From Stegostoma tigrinum (taxonomy: Eukaryota): a stretch of DNA of 64,000 nt. Position numbers and translations under genes: made by a program. Positions 22,733-36,429 of this stretch are shown here, piece after piece. The stretch spans positions 46,261,424-46,325,423 of the forward strand of contig NC_081360.1 of assembly GCF_030684315.1 (NCBI RefSeq). The letters run 5' to 3'. Each line of letters starts with the position of its first letter. Position 1 is the stretch's first letter. The notes beneath the pieces were generated by a model, which ran no database searches, was not told where the DNA came from, and was given only the letters and a program-made list of their open reading frames with translations.

Positions 22733-23117
22733 GTAGACAAGCAGGAGGCTGGAAGAATGCAGCTTCTGGAAGAAAGGAGCGGTGAACATTTCTGCTATTG
22801 CCCTGTTTCAGGACTGAATGTGGGGAAAGGGGGAGCTGCAGGTAAAGAGAGGAGGGGGGGTGAAGGGGTGGAGGTGGAATGGTGGTGGTAGCTATATACT
22901 GGTGGTTGGTATGACCTGGTTGGTCAGTGGGAGGGATGAATCCAGTTGGTGGCTAGAAGGGAGGGTCAGAAGGTGGAATGGAAGGGAGGAGGTGGGGCTG
23001 GAAAGGGAGGTTAGGGATGCATGGCAAGGTTATTTGAAATTTGAGAACTCCAATGTTGAGTCCTCTGGGTTGTAGGGTGCCCAGGTTGAGGATAAGTTTT
23101 TGTTCTTCACATTTGAG
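22733..23117 (-). mobile_element. Penelope-like retrotransposon 3' end with 15-bp target-site duplication
   Basis: The minus strand encodes EEQKLILNLGTLQPRGLNI(fs)EFSNFK*, a GIY-YIG C-terminus, then a pyrimidine-rich UTR and a decayed hammerhead. Both flanks carry CATTAACCATTCATT (22718-22732 and 23118-23132). Confidence 0.85.
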
Positions 23118-23559
23118 CATTAACCATTCATTATCATTTGTAAATAAATAAAGCTGAAATTTCCCTTACAATTCACATCACTTGGCCTTGCCGTCTGTAC
23201 CTGAGCAATTTGACTGAATTGAATAAATTCAGAATGCATTTGCCGCTCAAAACTGGGCATTCATGAGGTAGTTTAGACCAACAGCAGTACAGGAATTGCA
23301 TTTAACCACAGTCCGTATTATTTTGGCTCAGTTTGTCCCTTGCCCTATCATTACTATCAAGCTGGTGGATCAGCTTGACGAACAGTACAAGGCGGCTCGC
23401 CGGGGTAGAATCAAGCATACCACGAAATGAAGTGTCAACCTGGTGAAGCTCCAACAGAGGACAACTTTAATATGATCGTCAGAGCTCAGTGATCTAACAG
23501 TCAATGTATCTGATCCAAGCACTTCCAACCAGCCACAATTTGTGTTTATTTGTTCGCAG

Positions 23560-25030
23560 AATGTCAGCACCATTGGCTAGGTGCCCATCCCTAATTGCCC
23601 TTGAGAACATGATGGTGAGCTGCTTTCTTGATCTCAGGCAGGCCATCTGGTATTGTTGGGGAGTGAGTTCCAGGATTTTGAACCCTTGGCAGTGAAGAAT
23701 GGCGATATAGTTCCGAGTTGGGATGGTGTGTGACTTGGAAGGGAGCTTGCAGATGCTTTGTTCCCGTGCATCTTCTGCCCCGTCCTTCATTCTGATTGAG
23801 GTTGCGGATTTTAAAGGTATTTTTTCAAGGACCTCGTCATTAATGGTGGTGGATAATTAAACAACTAATTGGATGTGGGTGCTTCACAAATATTATCATC
23901 CTGAATGATGGATCTACCCCCAGCGTATCAATGCAAAACAATTAGGCTGAAGCATTTGTAATTATTTTCGACCAGAAATGTTGAGTGGATGATCCATCTT
24001 GTACTCCTCCTGAAGTTACTAACATCACAGATACCAATCTTCAGCTAATTTAGTTGACTGCATGTGATGTCAAGAAATGGCTGAAGACATTGCATACTGA
24101 AAAGGCAGTGGCCTTTGACACCATTCAGGCAATAGTACTGAAGACATAATCCAGAAGTGGCCGTGTCTCTAACTGATTTGTTCACTATATTTAGAACGCT
24201 TGCATTTGCCCAATAATGTGGAAAAAAAAAGTGCAGGCTGCCAAAAAAAAGACAAATCCAGTTGGAGTAATTACCATCCCTTCAGCCAAGTTGTGAAAAG
24301 GCTTGTCCACAATGATATCAAATCATGTTTTCACAGCAATGACATAGCCACTTGTTTTCTGACCTCATTCCATCCTTGCTCAAATGTGGTTGAAAGAGTT
24401 GCATTCCAGAGGCACTTGAGCAAATGTGATGTCATGATCCTTGACAAATCTGGAGTTAATGGTTATCATAGGGTGGGTAGAATTCAATCCACTGTGTTGT
24501 ATCTAGTATAAAGCTTTATAGTTGTAGGTTAATCACCTCAGTTGCAGGACATAACTACAAGAGTTGAACAAGGCCTAGCTCGAATCATCTGCAGTTGTCA
24601 TCTCAATGATCCTATCACTGTTGTGAGGTCAGAAGTTACAGTAAACCTTACTTGCCATTTAGGTTCCAGGCAACGACCATCTCCACCAGGAGAGGTTCTA
24701 GCCATCTCACACGTATGCTGATTGGCATTACCATTGCTGTATCCCCATTGCAAATATTCTGACCAGAAACTGAACTGGACCAGCTATACAGCTACAACAG
24801 CAAGTTAGGCTGGGAATGGCAGGAGTGTAACTTCTGACTCGTTGGAGCCTGTCGACTGACTACAGGCTTGATGCCTTTCAGGAAAAAGCTGCCGACTTGA
24901 TTTTGACACCCTATTCACCACTACCAACATTCATTCCCTTCACAGCTGACACAGCGACATGAGTGTCTCATTTACAAGATGCATTGCAACAACTTTCCAA
25001 GAGTCCTTTGGTAGTACCTTACAAACCCTG
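23560..25030. mobile_element. Decayed CR1-clade LINE pieces (3' tail on minus ~23560-23830; RT on plus ~23880-25030)
   Basis: Similar to the copies at 29270-30810 and 31070-32600. Confidence 0.65.
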
Positions 25031-25232
25031 CTTGGTGACATCACTATCTGGTTATCCTTTTGATTGACTTCGGATTCAAATAATGTCACAAAAGACATCT
25101 CCACATTATGGAGATGACTAAATATTTGTGAGCCACATTCTTAAAGATCAGCAGGAAAGCATATAATCTAGGCCTAAAATGATTTTAAATGCATGAACTG
25201 CAGGACAGATGGCCAAAAAATGTTAACGAGAT

Positions 25233-25322
25233 GCAAAATCATAAATTGCTGGAAAAGCTCCACAGGCTTGGCAGCATCTGTGGTAAGAAAGTAGAATTAA
25301 CATTTTAGCTCTAATGACCCTG
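25233..25322 (-). mobile_element. Penelope-derived short element (single arm)
   Basis: ttgctggaaaagctccacaggcttggcagcatctgtgg...aattaacatttt...tgaccct matches the left arm at 36190. Confidence 0.7.
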
Positions 25323-26585
25323 GTTGATGTTAATTAACACTTGCAAGTTTCTCTGGCTTAGCTGTTTGTTATCATACTGGTGAGCTTTCAGGGTGGCATA
25401 TATGTTTTCTCAGTGCTTTAAGTGTGTGGACAGTAGGGCAGTTTACTTGCTTATTTTCTGATAAAACCTTGTTTAAATTGACTGGGAATAAATTGTAGAG
25501 AATGAAGTATATTAATATCTTAATACCACACTTCATACCATATCAGTGCCTTCTTATTGAAATATGTTTAAGTTTAGTCTGCCTTATTGGTGTAGTAGTC
25601 CAGGCTCCTGTTTTTGTTTCTAGAGAAATGGAAACCAACCTTTTCAGTTATTTGATGTACACACTTCAGTAGCCCAAAGAAGATGAAACAGGAATTTGAT
25701 GTAATTGATGCAGAAATTAGATATTACATGAATGACCAGACAAGCAATTATGGATTCTGCATTCAAATTAATTTATTGTAATGAAAGATGTAATATTTTT
25801 ACTGTGTTGCATAAAGAAGCTGGAAATGAAAACATGCCGCCCTCTTAAAGCAACATAATATCACCTCAAACTCTTAAAACTGGCTCATCACTTCTTACTG
25901 CTGTCATTGAATCGTGTAGCAAGTTCAAGGGACTGAATGGCTGCTGTTTGTTTTTATGTACTTCCTTGTTCCCTTTTGGTTTCATGCTGCTCCTTGCTCA
26001 AACTCTAGTCTGCCTTGGTAGTGGGGAGACAGCAAAACCACTGCGGTGTCTGGTAATTTTATGAATTCTTTGTTTTATTACAGCTTTGATTAGGTACCTT
26101 TGTGGAAGCATGAAGAGTTGTGGAGTACTGCGTAGTTTAAAAGTTTCTATCAACCACAGACTTTCCCCCTTTCTGTGCTTGTGACAAAAACACATCTGCA
26201 ATTTATGCTGATTTTAATGTAGGATCTCCAGCAAGGTTTAACATGAAAAGCGGTGTATGTCTTTTTAAATGTGTAAACAACTTGTTGACGAGGATGCTTA
26301 TGCATGGGTTGACATCATGTAATTTTTCATTTTATAATGCAGTGTGCCATCAAAATGGCATACGCATGTCTGTGTAGATTACTGATATTAATCTGTCCTA
26401 AACAAACTCACGTGAAGTTGGAAGGATATTTTCGAACATAGGTTCATCCTCTCCGTTGATGAGTTATCATAAAAGGAACGAGAGATTCTCTTCATAGTAA
26501 TGAACAGTGCAATTCATTTAAACACACGTTATATCAATATGTTTTTAATGACTTTTGTTTAACACTTCTGTTTCTTTCAATGCAG

Positions 26586-26627
26586 GCAAAACCTTCCACT
26601 ATAGAAGTATTAGAAAAAATTGACAAG
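26586..26627 (+). CDS. lnpk: lnpk exon 3
   Basis: tgcag|AKPSTIEVLEKIDK|gtacca. Confidence 0.93.
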
Positions 26628-29269
26628 GTACCAGTCTTCTTCACTTTTACATTCATTAACATAATTTATTATTTTGGGTGGTTTTAGATCTTGTTGTTTT
26701 TGCAGCTGTTTAATACTCCATTTTTAGCATTGCTTCCTATTTAAAATTTCACCGCATCTGCAGAACACACACTACAGTAAGCATTGTGCAACAATTCTGA
26801 TCTGAGTGGCCATATTAGGAGTTGATGCCATTCGAGAGTTAGGACTTAGGCAAAACTTATACTGTGTATTTCAGATTGTTTGGGTTTTTATGTTTCATAA
26901 GGGCGTCACCTGTTTATTTGCGGCTGATTTGGGGAAAAAAAAAGTTGGTAAATGGAGTTGCAGAATATTTCAAATCATCTTTACATTGGTTATCTTTCAA
27001 CATTCAGAGTATTGTTATTGGCTGTTTTATAGTCAGTTGCTTTTTTTTAAATAACTCGATGCTACCTGAAAGTTTTTGTTTATTCATTGACAAATTTACA
27101 CAAAATTCTACAGCATGAACAGCGCAGAAATAGCCTAACTTGCCAATGCTAGTGTTAAACTTGAACCTCCTTTCACCATACATTTGAGGTTTTACTAAAC
27201 TGTCAAAAATTGTGGAAATATGTGAATTATTAAGCATACAAACTGGGAGAGTGTAATTTGTTTAGCATGTGTGACATTTTAAAAAGTCTACCATTGATCG
27301 TGGGCCTGTAATAATGTACTTCCAAAGCAGGTTAGTGAGTCAGGGAAGCACCAGAAAGGTTTATGAAAAGCCAAAGGCCTAAAGGAGAACTGCAGTTTCT
27401 AAGGGCACATTTATTTTTGTCAATGACAAAAAAATTACTTGAACTTGTCTGCTAATAGTGTGATGTAAAGCCTCACGCTTGAAGGTGTAACAATATGATA
27501 AGATGAATGGATGCAGGATGTATTTCTTTTTAAACTACTAAATAGTCTCCTATAACAGGTGCATTTGTTCAGGGGATACATTATTGCACAATTACAAGGA
27601 AATTAAGCTGTACTGTTGAAATTGAGTTGTATGCAGATTGATATACCCCTTTCAACTGAATGTACTGTGCTTAACTTAGTAGCATTTTTCATTAAAAGTC
27701 AGACTATTTCCTTTATTTTAAAATAAAGGTCACTGTGATTCCTGAAGACGTTTGAAACTTTGCTGTGAATGACTAAATTTTCTTTTAAAACATGTTATAA
27801 AAATTTGGCATTGTAATACCTGGAGTATGAGAGTTGAGTTAAAAATTAATAAATAACCACTTTGTGATTGATCATAGTGGTCGTCATTAGTTCCTTTTTA
27901 TGTACCTCCTTCATTTTCTATCTTTTTCAGCACATTGATGAGAATGATGCATTACATCTGATGGCTGAGGAGTTTAGCGAATCTTGAATTAGATGAATGG
28001 ATGTAGACTTTGCTATCTACAAAGTATGGGCCAGCTGTGAAATTTGGCAAAAATGGGTGGGATATCCTTCGGGATTAGCAAGATCGCAGGGCTTTGTGTT
28101 TTGTAGCATTTCTTGGAATTCAGCTGCATGGGGCAAGAGGTGGTATACTGGGATTCAGTAGCACTAAGGAAGTTAATGTTGAATTTTGAAAACTGCTTGT
28201 GTAAGTTTGAGTTTAGCAGCATTGGAGTAGGAATTCCATGCTTTGATAGTACTGCAGAGGAGTGGTTTGTTTTGAAATGGCTCATGAGAAGTGCAGGCAT
28301 CTGCAATGTTGTGAGGGAAATGTTTGGTCTTCAGTAAAATTGGGAATTGAAACTTGAAGTTTGATTCATTTGGCGTGTCTTGGCTATATTTGAATTAGGT
28401 TTTATTTGGAGAACCCATATGTGGGAGCTAAATTTCTGAGTTTGATATCAGTCACACAACTTATGGAATTGTAACTGTGAAAGTTGCTATATTTTCATAA
28501 AGCCCACCTGGTTCAACAGTATACTTTGGGACCATCTGAAGTAGTCTAGAAAACCACTTTGTTGTAAAGCAGTCACTATAAAGTTCAACAATAAGGAGAA
28601 AATCAACTCTGCCTAATGGCTATGAAACAGCTATTGAATCAGAACATACATTTGACAAGTTCAGCCTAGTGGGTCCTGAAAAATGTTCCTCATAAGCATT
28701 GAAGATGGATGATCAAGTTGGGGAAAACCGTCCAATAAATTTATCAAGTGACAACCTTAAATAGAAAGGGTTCAGAGTATGAATATGAGATAATACCTCC
28801 GATTTCTTTTGTTACCATCCTGAGATAAGGTTCTGTTCCATCATTGGAACAGACTGCCAAGATGGGGGCTCAGTGATGTTCGGTCAGGTGGAAGGGGTTT
28901 TCGGAGTCTGTAATATTAACTTCAAACTCCAAGCGATCTAATGGCTTCATGTGAAGCAAGGTCTAGATAGCCTGCTGGTTATCTCACAATTCTATCAGCT
29001 TCTGCAGCCCCTGACAAAGCATTACTTCTTGATTTTGATCATCACTTTCAGAAAACTTGAGAAGCTCCATTATTGGGGACACTGCTGAGTATACTTCAGC
29101 TGAGCCTATGTCAGATGATGAATCAATTAGTGGTGAGTCATAACTGCCCCGTTCATGTGAATCTATCTGTAATAATTGTTTGATCCATGAAGCATCTGTC
29201 AGAGTGATCCATGCAGCTTCCTAGTGAAGTTGAGGTTTCCGCTTCCTGCGGCGAGCATTGTTCATTATT

Positions 29270-30810
29270 CCAGCATCCCTCCATTGGTCCCCAACATTAC
29301 AGGTATTAGTTTTCAACCAATTTGATTCACTCCACGTGATATCTAGAAAATGTTGGAGGCATTGGATATTGCAAGGCCCTAGGCCCTGACAACATTCTAG
29401 CAAAAGTACTGAAAGCTTGTGCTCCAGGACTTGCCAGTTCCCTAACCAAGCCCTTCCAGTACAGTTATAACACCGGCATCTATCGGATAATGTGGAAGAT
29501 TGCCCAGGTAAGACCTATATATAAAAAGCAGGACAAATCAAACCCAGCTGATTACCATCCCATCAGTCTCCTCTTGAAACTGATGGAAGGTGTCATCAAC
29601 AGTGCAATCAAGCAGCAGCTGCTCAGTGGCCTCAGTTTGGGCTGCGCCAGGGCCCCTCAGCTCCTGACCTCATTACAGCCTTGGTTCAAACATGGACAAA
29701 AGAGCTGAATTCTGGAGATGAAGTGAGAGTGACAGCTCTTGTCATCAAAACCTGATTCGACTGAGTGTATCATCCAGTAGCCCTGACAAAAATGGAATCA
29801 ATGGGTATCGGGGAAATCTCTCCCTTGGTTGGAGTCACACCTGGCACGTAGGAAGACAGTTGTGGTTGTTCGAAGTCAATAATCTCGGCTTCACGACCTT
29901 TCTCTGGGAGTTCCTCAGGGCAGTGTCCTAGGCCCAATCACCTTTAGCTGCTTCGCCAATGACCCTCCCTCTGCCATGAAGTCAGAAGTGGGGATGTTTG
30001 CTAACGATTACACAGTGTTCAACATCATTCATGACTCTTCAAATATTGAAGCAGCCCTTGCTGAAATGCAATAAGATCTGGGCGATATCCAGGCTTGGGC
30101 TGATAAATGGCTGGTAATATTGGCTCAGACAAATGCAAGGCAATGACCATCTCCAGTAAGAGACAAGTCACCCATCAACCTCTTGACATTCAATGGTGTC
30201 ACCATCTTGCCATTGACCAGAAACTCAACATGTTAACAGTGTCTACCAGAACAGGTAAGAGGCTGGAATACTACATGTAATTCATCTGCAGACTGCATAA
30301 ACCTGTCCATCATCTGCAAGGCACAACTCAGGAATATGATAGAATATTCTTCACTTGCCTGGATGGGTCCAGGTCCAACAACAGTCAAGAAGCTTGATAC
30401 CATACAAAGCAACCCACTTGATTGGCACCACACCCACTAACATCTACTGCCTCCACCACTGACACTCAGTGGTAGCAGTGTGTACTATCCCCAAAGTGCA
30501 CTGTAGAATTTCACCAAAGATCCTCGTCAGTGCCTTTCAAATTTATGACCGCTTTCATTTGGAAAGACAAGGGCAGCAGAGGCATGGGAACTCCTCCACC
30601 TGCAAGATTCTCTCCAAGCCATTCCCCACCCTGACTTTGAAATATATGCTGTTCCTTCACTGGTGTTGGGCCAAAATCCTGGAATTCCCTACCAACCCAC
30701 AGCAGGTGGACTGCAGCTGTTCATGCAAACAGCCTGCCACAACTCTCTCAAAGATGACTAGGGACAAAAATAGATGCTGGTCAGCCAGCAACACTCACAT
30801 CCCATGAATG
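29270..30810 (+). mobile_element. CR1-clade LINE, RT domain to 3' end (frameshifted)
   Basis: WKIAQVRPIYKKQDKSNPADYHPISLL, GVPQGSVLGP and a degenerate FADD (tttgctaacgat). Confidence 0.88.
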
Positions 30811-30824
30811 AATTTAAAAAAAAA

Positions 30825-32600
30825 TGCCCAGGTATGTCTTGTGTGCAAAAAGCAGGACTGTTTCTTACCTGCTAATTACTTTGCAGTCAGTCTATTTTCG
30901 ATTGTCAGCAAAATGACAGAAGGATCATTGATGTCAAGTAGCACTTTACAAAGGAATAAACTGTTCACCAATGCTCAGTTTGGGTTTCCCCACTTCCACC
31001 TCATTACACCCTTAGCCCAAGAGGATTGACTTCCCGAAATGAGGTGTGAGTGACTGCCTTTGACATCAGCCAGAAATGTCGAGTGGATGATCCATCTCGG
31101 CTTCCTCCAGCATCATGGATGCGGGTCTTCAGCCAATTCGATTCATTCCACGTGATCTTCTGAAATAGCTGAAGTTACTGGAAACTGCAAAGGCTGTAGG
31201 CCCTGACAACACTCGCAACAACAGTACTGAAGACGTGCTGCAGAATTTGCCGCACCTCTAGCGAAACTATTCCAGTATAATTACAGCACTGTCCGACAAT
31301 TTGAGAAATTACCCATGTATACCCTTTACCTAAGAAGCAGGCCAGATCTAACCTGATCAATTACCATTTCATCAGCATACTTTTGATCGTGGGTAAAGTG
31401 ACGGAAAGCGTCATCAACAGTGCTATCAAGCTGTCATATCAGAAATCAATATGACAATAAGCTAATTGATTGCAAGTTTGCTTCAGACTACAGCCTGGGT
31501 TCACATATTGATGCACCTGAATTCCAGAAGTCAGATCATGACAATCCTTGATGTCAAGGCTGCATTTGACTGAGTATGGCATTTAGGAGCCATAGCAAAA
31601 CTGCATTCTGGAAATTGGTTGAGAAAATGTTCTGTTTGGAGTCGTATCTGGAACAAGGGTAGGTGGTTGCGGTCGGAGGTCCGTCATCTTTATTCCAGGA
31701 TATTTCTACAAGAGTTTGTCAGTATAGTGTTTCAGGCCCAGTTGCTTCATCAATGACTTTTCCTCTATCATGATGTCTGAAGTGGGGAAGTTCACTAATG
31801 ATTATGCAATGTTCAGCAATATTCAACATGCCTCAGATACTGAAGCAGTCCATGTCCAAATACAGCTAGACCTGGATGACATCCAACGTTAGGCTGAAAA
31901 GTGGTATGTAGCTTTTATGCCAGGTAATAACCATGTCCAATAAGGGATAATCTACCCACCACCCATGACATTCAATAGTATTACCATTCACTGAATTCCC
32001 CCACTATCCATATCCTGCAGGTTACCATTGATCAGAAACTCAATTGGACTCACTGTATAAATGCAGTGGCTACAAAAGAAGGTCAGAGGTGAGAAATGCT
32101 GCAGTGTATTACCCAACTCCTGACTCCCCAAAGGTGGTTCAGCATCTGCAAGGCAAAAGTCAGGAGTGTGAGGGAATATTCCTCACTTGTCTGGATGAGT
32201 GCAGCTCTGGCATTACGTGTACTAGCATCTAATTCCTCCTCTGCTGATGCCCAGTTGCAGCAGTGTGTAATATCTCCAAGATGAATTGCAGAAATTTGCC
32301 CACGTCCCTCAGACAGCTTCTTCTTAACCCATGATCACCTCTCCCATCTAGAATGACAAGGGCAGCAGATACTTGGGAGTGCCACTGCTGACAAGTTCAC
32401 CTCCAAGCTATTCACCATCGTGACTTGAGAATATCTTGCCATTGCTGGGTCAAAATCCTGGAATTCCCTCTCTAGTAACATTGTGGGTTAATCTACGGCA
32501 TATGGACTGCGGTGATTTGAAGAAGGTTGCTCACTACCACCCTCTTGAGGGCAACTAGGGATGGCCACTGATGCTGGTCAGCCAACGTTGCCCAGGTTTC
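30825..32600 (+). mobile_element. Further decayed copies of the same CR1-clade LINE
   Basis: Collinear similarity to 29270-30810 (ggccctgacaac, gtcatcaacagtgctatcaag, attgatcagaaactcaa, same 3' tail). Confidence 0.8.
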
Positions 32601-32609
32601 TGGAGAGGA

Positions 32610-33120
32610 TTTAAAAATAACAAAAGTAAGCTTGCAGGGAACATACAGATTGATTACAAAAGCTTCTATACATATGTGAAGAGGAAAAGATTAGTGAAGA
32701 CAGATGTAGGTCCATTAAAGTCAGAAACAGGGGAAATCATAACGGACAACAAAGAGATTTGTACTTAATTGGGCTGTAGAGTTTGGTTCTGCCTTTACAA
32801 AAGAGGGTGCAGAGACATCCTAAGAATGTTGGGAAGCACAGGGTCTAGTGACAGGAAGGTACTGAAGGAAATCATTATTGTTTAAGGAAATTGAAGGCTG
32901 ACAGGTCCCTCGGGCCTCTTAATCTACATCCCAGAGTTCTTAAGGAAATTATTATAGAAACAGTGGATGCATTGGTGGCCATCTTCCAAGATTCCATAGA
33001 CTCTGGAACAGCTCCTACAGATTGGAGGGTTCGTGCAAGCCCATTATTTTAAAAAGGAGGTAGAAAACAGGGAGTTATAGACCAGTTAGCTTGATGTTAC
33101 TGGTGAGAAAAATTTGAAGA
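32610..33120 (+). mobile_element. CR1 (HER1-like) ORF2 fragment
   Basis: KSFYTYVKRKRLVKTDVGPLKSETGEII and SYRPVSL motifs. Confidence 0.8.
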
Positions 33121-33569
33121 TGGAGAATAGAGGTGCCATAGAGTGCTCGAGAGGTAAAGTTAAACTAGCTGTCACCAGAATACAAGTGCAAACTGTCATA
33201 TCTCTTGTTGCTGAAGATGCACTGTGTAAATATGCTATAGGGATGGACCAATAATGACCTTCGCGGACTCAAGAATTAGTAATGATTAGCCAAAAATAAG
33301 CCATCATTCCTTCAGTTGAGCAACAGAGGAATGAAGGAGGAAGATGATGTTGATAATTTGTTGGCGTGCTGAGAGAAGGTGAGGAGGAGTGCATTGTGGT
33401 CATTCTGGATGTCATTTGTGCCTTGAAGGCGGTTTAAATGCTGCCACAAGGTTGAAAACCTAATGTAGAGGCGCAAAAAGGGACCTTTTCAGAAGATTTG
33501 GGAGGTGATGTGCTCAAGATTTTGAGGAAAGTTGCATTCATAATGGTTTGTTAGGTTGCTCTGATTTAG

Positions 33570-33950
33570 AATGCTGCGTGCAATTCTTGTCTCCTGCTAT
33601 AGGAAGGATGTTGTGAAACTTGAAAGGGTTCAGAAAAGATTTACAAAGATGTTGCCAGGGTTGGAGGGTTTGAGCTATAGTGAAAGGCTGAGACAATTTT
33701 CCCTGGAATGTCAGAGGCGGAAGGGTGAGCTTTTATATAGATTTATAAAATCATGCAAGGCCTTTGATGTGGAGGTGGGTACAATTACAATATTAAAAAG
33801 GCATCTAGGTGGGTACATGAATAGAAAGTGTTTAGAGGAATAAAGGCCAAAAGTTGGCAAATGGGACTAGATCAGTTTACGATATCTGGTTGGTGCAGAA
33901 GTGTTGGACCAAAGGGTCTGTTTTTGTGTTGTAAACTTTGACTCTTTAAA
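33570..33950 (+). mobile_element. CR1 (HER1-like) 3' end
   Basis: YRKDVVKLERVQKRFTKMLPGLEGLSYSERL followed by a CR1-type tail. Confidence 0.85.
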
Positions 33951-34099
33951 GGATAAAGGTTTGGTTTGGAGATAGGGATGAGAATGACAAATTCGAAAGA
34001 GGCCTGGAGAGAGGCAATCGTTTATGAAAGTTAAAATATATAATAGATTATCTTTTCTTTCCAGGGTAATCCTAGAGCACTAGGCAGCATTAGTAGAGG

Positions 34100-34325
34100 G
34101 AAGGTGAAGATGTTGGCTTAGCTTGGTTAACTGAACTGCTGGTTTGCAATGCAGACTGATGTCAACATCATGTATTGAATTCCTGCACTGCTGAAGTAAC
34201 TGTGAAAGGCTTTCCTTCTTGGGGCATGCCCCCTCGCCTGAAGCGTGGTAGTGATTTAACCAGAGGGTCACTAGTCATCTCTAATGACAGCATATTATGG
34301 TATGGTATGGTACATCTGTGGCGAT
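34100..34325 (+). mobile_element. Probable tRNA-derived SINE
   Basis: A-box-like tggcttagcttggt, decayed B-box-like ttgaattcc, and a (tatgg)n tail. Confidence 0.45.
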
Positions 34326-35417
34326 TTCTAACATTGGAAAAGGGGCTTCTGTCAAATCTGGTGGTGAATGACCAAAGGAATTAAACGCCATAAACATCCA
34401 AGTCTGCAGCCATGGACTTTATTATTTTAGACTGTTCAATGTAGTTTGTCCATACCCTCTTTCTCAAAGATAATTAACTTAATGCTTAGCCTGGACATGT
34501 TTTTTTAGCAAGTGTGTGCAGGATTTTAAAAAAGCTTCTTCTCTCATTCTTGCTCCTGCCCAACTGCTTTGTCAGAGCAGTAATGTTGTCAACAAATTTG
34601 TTACGATGTTGTTAGGTAGAAATCGCCCTGAACCTTGTTAGATTACTTTTGCCTGAGAGTTTTGCTATGGATTGAAAGAAATAGCTTGAAATCTTCTGAT
34701 TTTAAATAATGTGAGAGAGAGAATAAAATTGTTTTGAGAATAAATAGACAAGAAAAAAAACGAGAATGGTGGGCGTGTTGCTACAGACGAAAGGTGAAGA
34801 GTAGAAGTTTAAGCGGCATTTCAGAAAGGAGATATCAAAACAGTCAGGTTAAAATAATGGATTTACGGTCTTTCTTTCATTAGAGGTCTGTTGGTAACAT
34901 TTCCTTCACCAGTTGGTAAGACAATATAAGTTTCGAAGTATGTCTTTGTCTTTTTTTCAAGAGGGGATGCAAAGCTGTTTGCTGAATTTGGAAGGTATTA
35001 TAAACAAACCTTTCTAAAAAAAGTTATTCTTTTGGAGCTAAAGTACTTACCAACTTAATTTGTTTTCGTAATGGGATGCATTAAATATTTTATTTTATTC
35101 CCATTTCCTTTGTAACTTGATCGGTTCCAATCTGAAAAATTCAGCTTTTATAAGCAGGATTGATGGTTGCTGTTGTGCCAAATCATATTTTAAGGTAGCA
35201 TTACAAAATGGTAACACCTGCTATCCAAATGAAATTGGAATTGTTGGTGGTATAGTATTAGAGTGGCAGTGCTACTTAAATGTAGTGGAACATTTCCGAA
35301 CTAACATTTAAGTCTACCTCTTTATTTCTTTGATCCTGTTGTCTCGAACTAACCATTTTTTGATAGTTCAAATTATAGAGTACAAAATAGACTAAATTTA
35401 AGTGCTTTTATTGATAG

Positions 35418-35605
35418 GAAATAAACGCATTGGAAGAATTCAAGGAAAAAAATCAGAGACTGCAAAAGATCTGGATTGGAAGACTGGTTCTCTATTCATC
35501 CACACTTTATATCATAGCCTTTATAATCGTGTACTTGTGGTGCTTACCAGAAGAATGGAATGCACGGCTAACCTTGGCACTTCCAGGATTTTTATTTCCC
35601 TTACT
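35418..35605 (+). CDS. lnpk: lnpk exon 4 (coiled coil, TM1, start of TM2)
   Basis: atag|EINALEEFKEKNQRLQKIWIGRLVLYSSTLYIIAFIIVYLWCLPEEWNARLTLALPGFLFPL|gtaagt, 188 nt. Confidence 0.95.
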
Positions 35606-36182
35606 GTAAGTAATCTGGCTATTGGCAGTTTGGATCATTTTGAAAAAAAGACGTTTTGATTGTCGAGTTTTATTTTTATTGCTGAAAATTATAAATTTTA
35701 TAGCTACAAAAGAAGTATGTGCGATGCTAATATTGGGGCCCACATAAGTGAATACCTAATAATTGAAGAGCACACTTAGTGAATTAAATTATGGTTAATA
35801 TTTTTAGGATTCTCTTTTCTGGATTGTATGAACTGCAAAGCTTATTTTAAGTGAATTAAAGTATTACAGTCTGAATCATTAATAGTTATTCATAGTGCCT
35901 TTGGAATTCTCTCATTGCCTAGAAGAAATCATTTGAATAGGAATGAACAATTACATTTGGTAGTCCCAACCTTCAAAAAATGTCACTGTACTTTATTTGT
36001 TATACTACCTGCTGATATAAGCTATTAAAAATTCTCCATCTTTCTGTAAAGTTTGTTAATGTTTTTCTCCTCCATCGTTAATTTGGTTATCTATTTGCTA
36101 TTTTAGCAACATTTATACGATGTGCTTAAATCTGAGTTATTTGTGTTTTGGAAGTTGAGATTTTGAGATTATGTTTATGTCA

Positions 36183-36429
36183 CAACAATAAAAACAAAGT
36201 TGCTGGAAAAGCTCAGCAGGTCTGGCAGCATCTGTGAAGGAGAAAACAGAGTTAACGTTTTTGGTCCAGTGACCCTTCTTCAGAACAGTTCCTGTTCTGA
36301 GGAAGGGTCACCGGACCTGAAATATTAACTCTGTTTTCTCCTTCACAGATGCTGCCATTCCTGCTGAGCTTTTCCAGCAACTTTGTTTTTGTTCCTGATT
36401 TACAACATCTGCAGTTCTTTTGGATTTTT
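36183..36429. mobile_element. Palindromic Penelope-derived element with 99-nt inverted arms and ~14-bp TSD
   Basis: Arms at 36190-36288 and 36292-36390 around a ttc loop. Flanks are ttatgtttatgtca (36169-36182) and ttatgtttacgtca (36430-36443). Confidence 0.88.
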
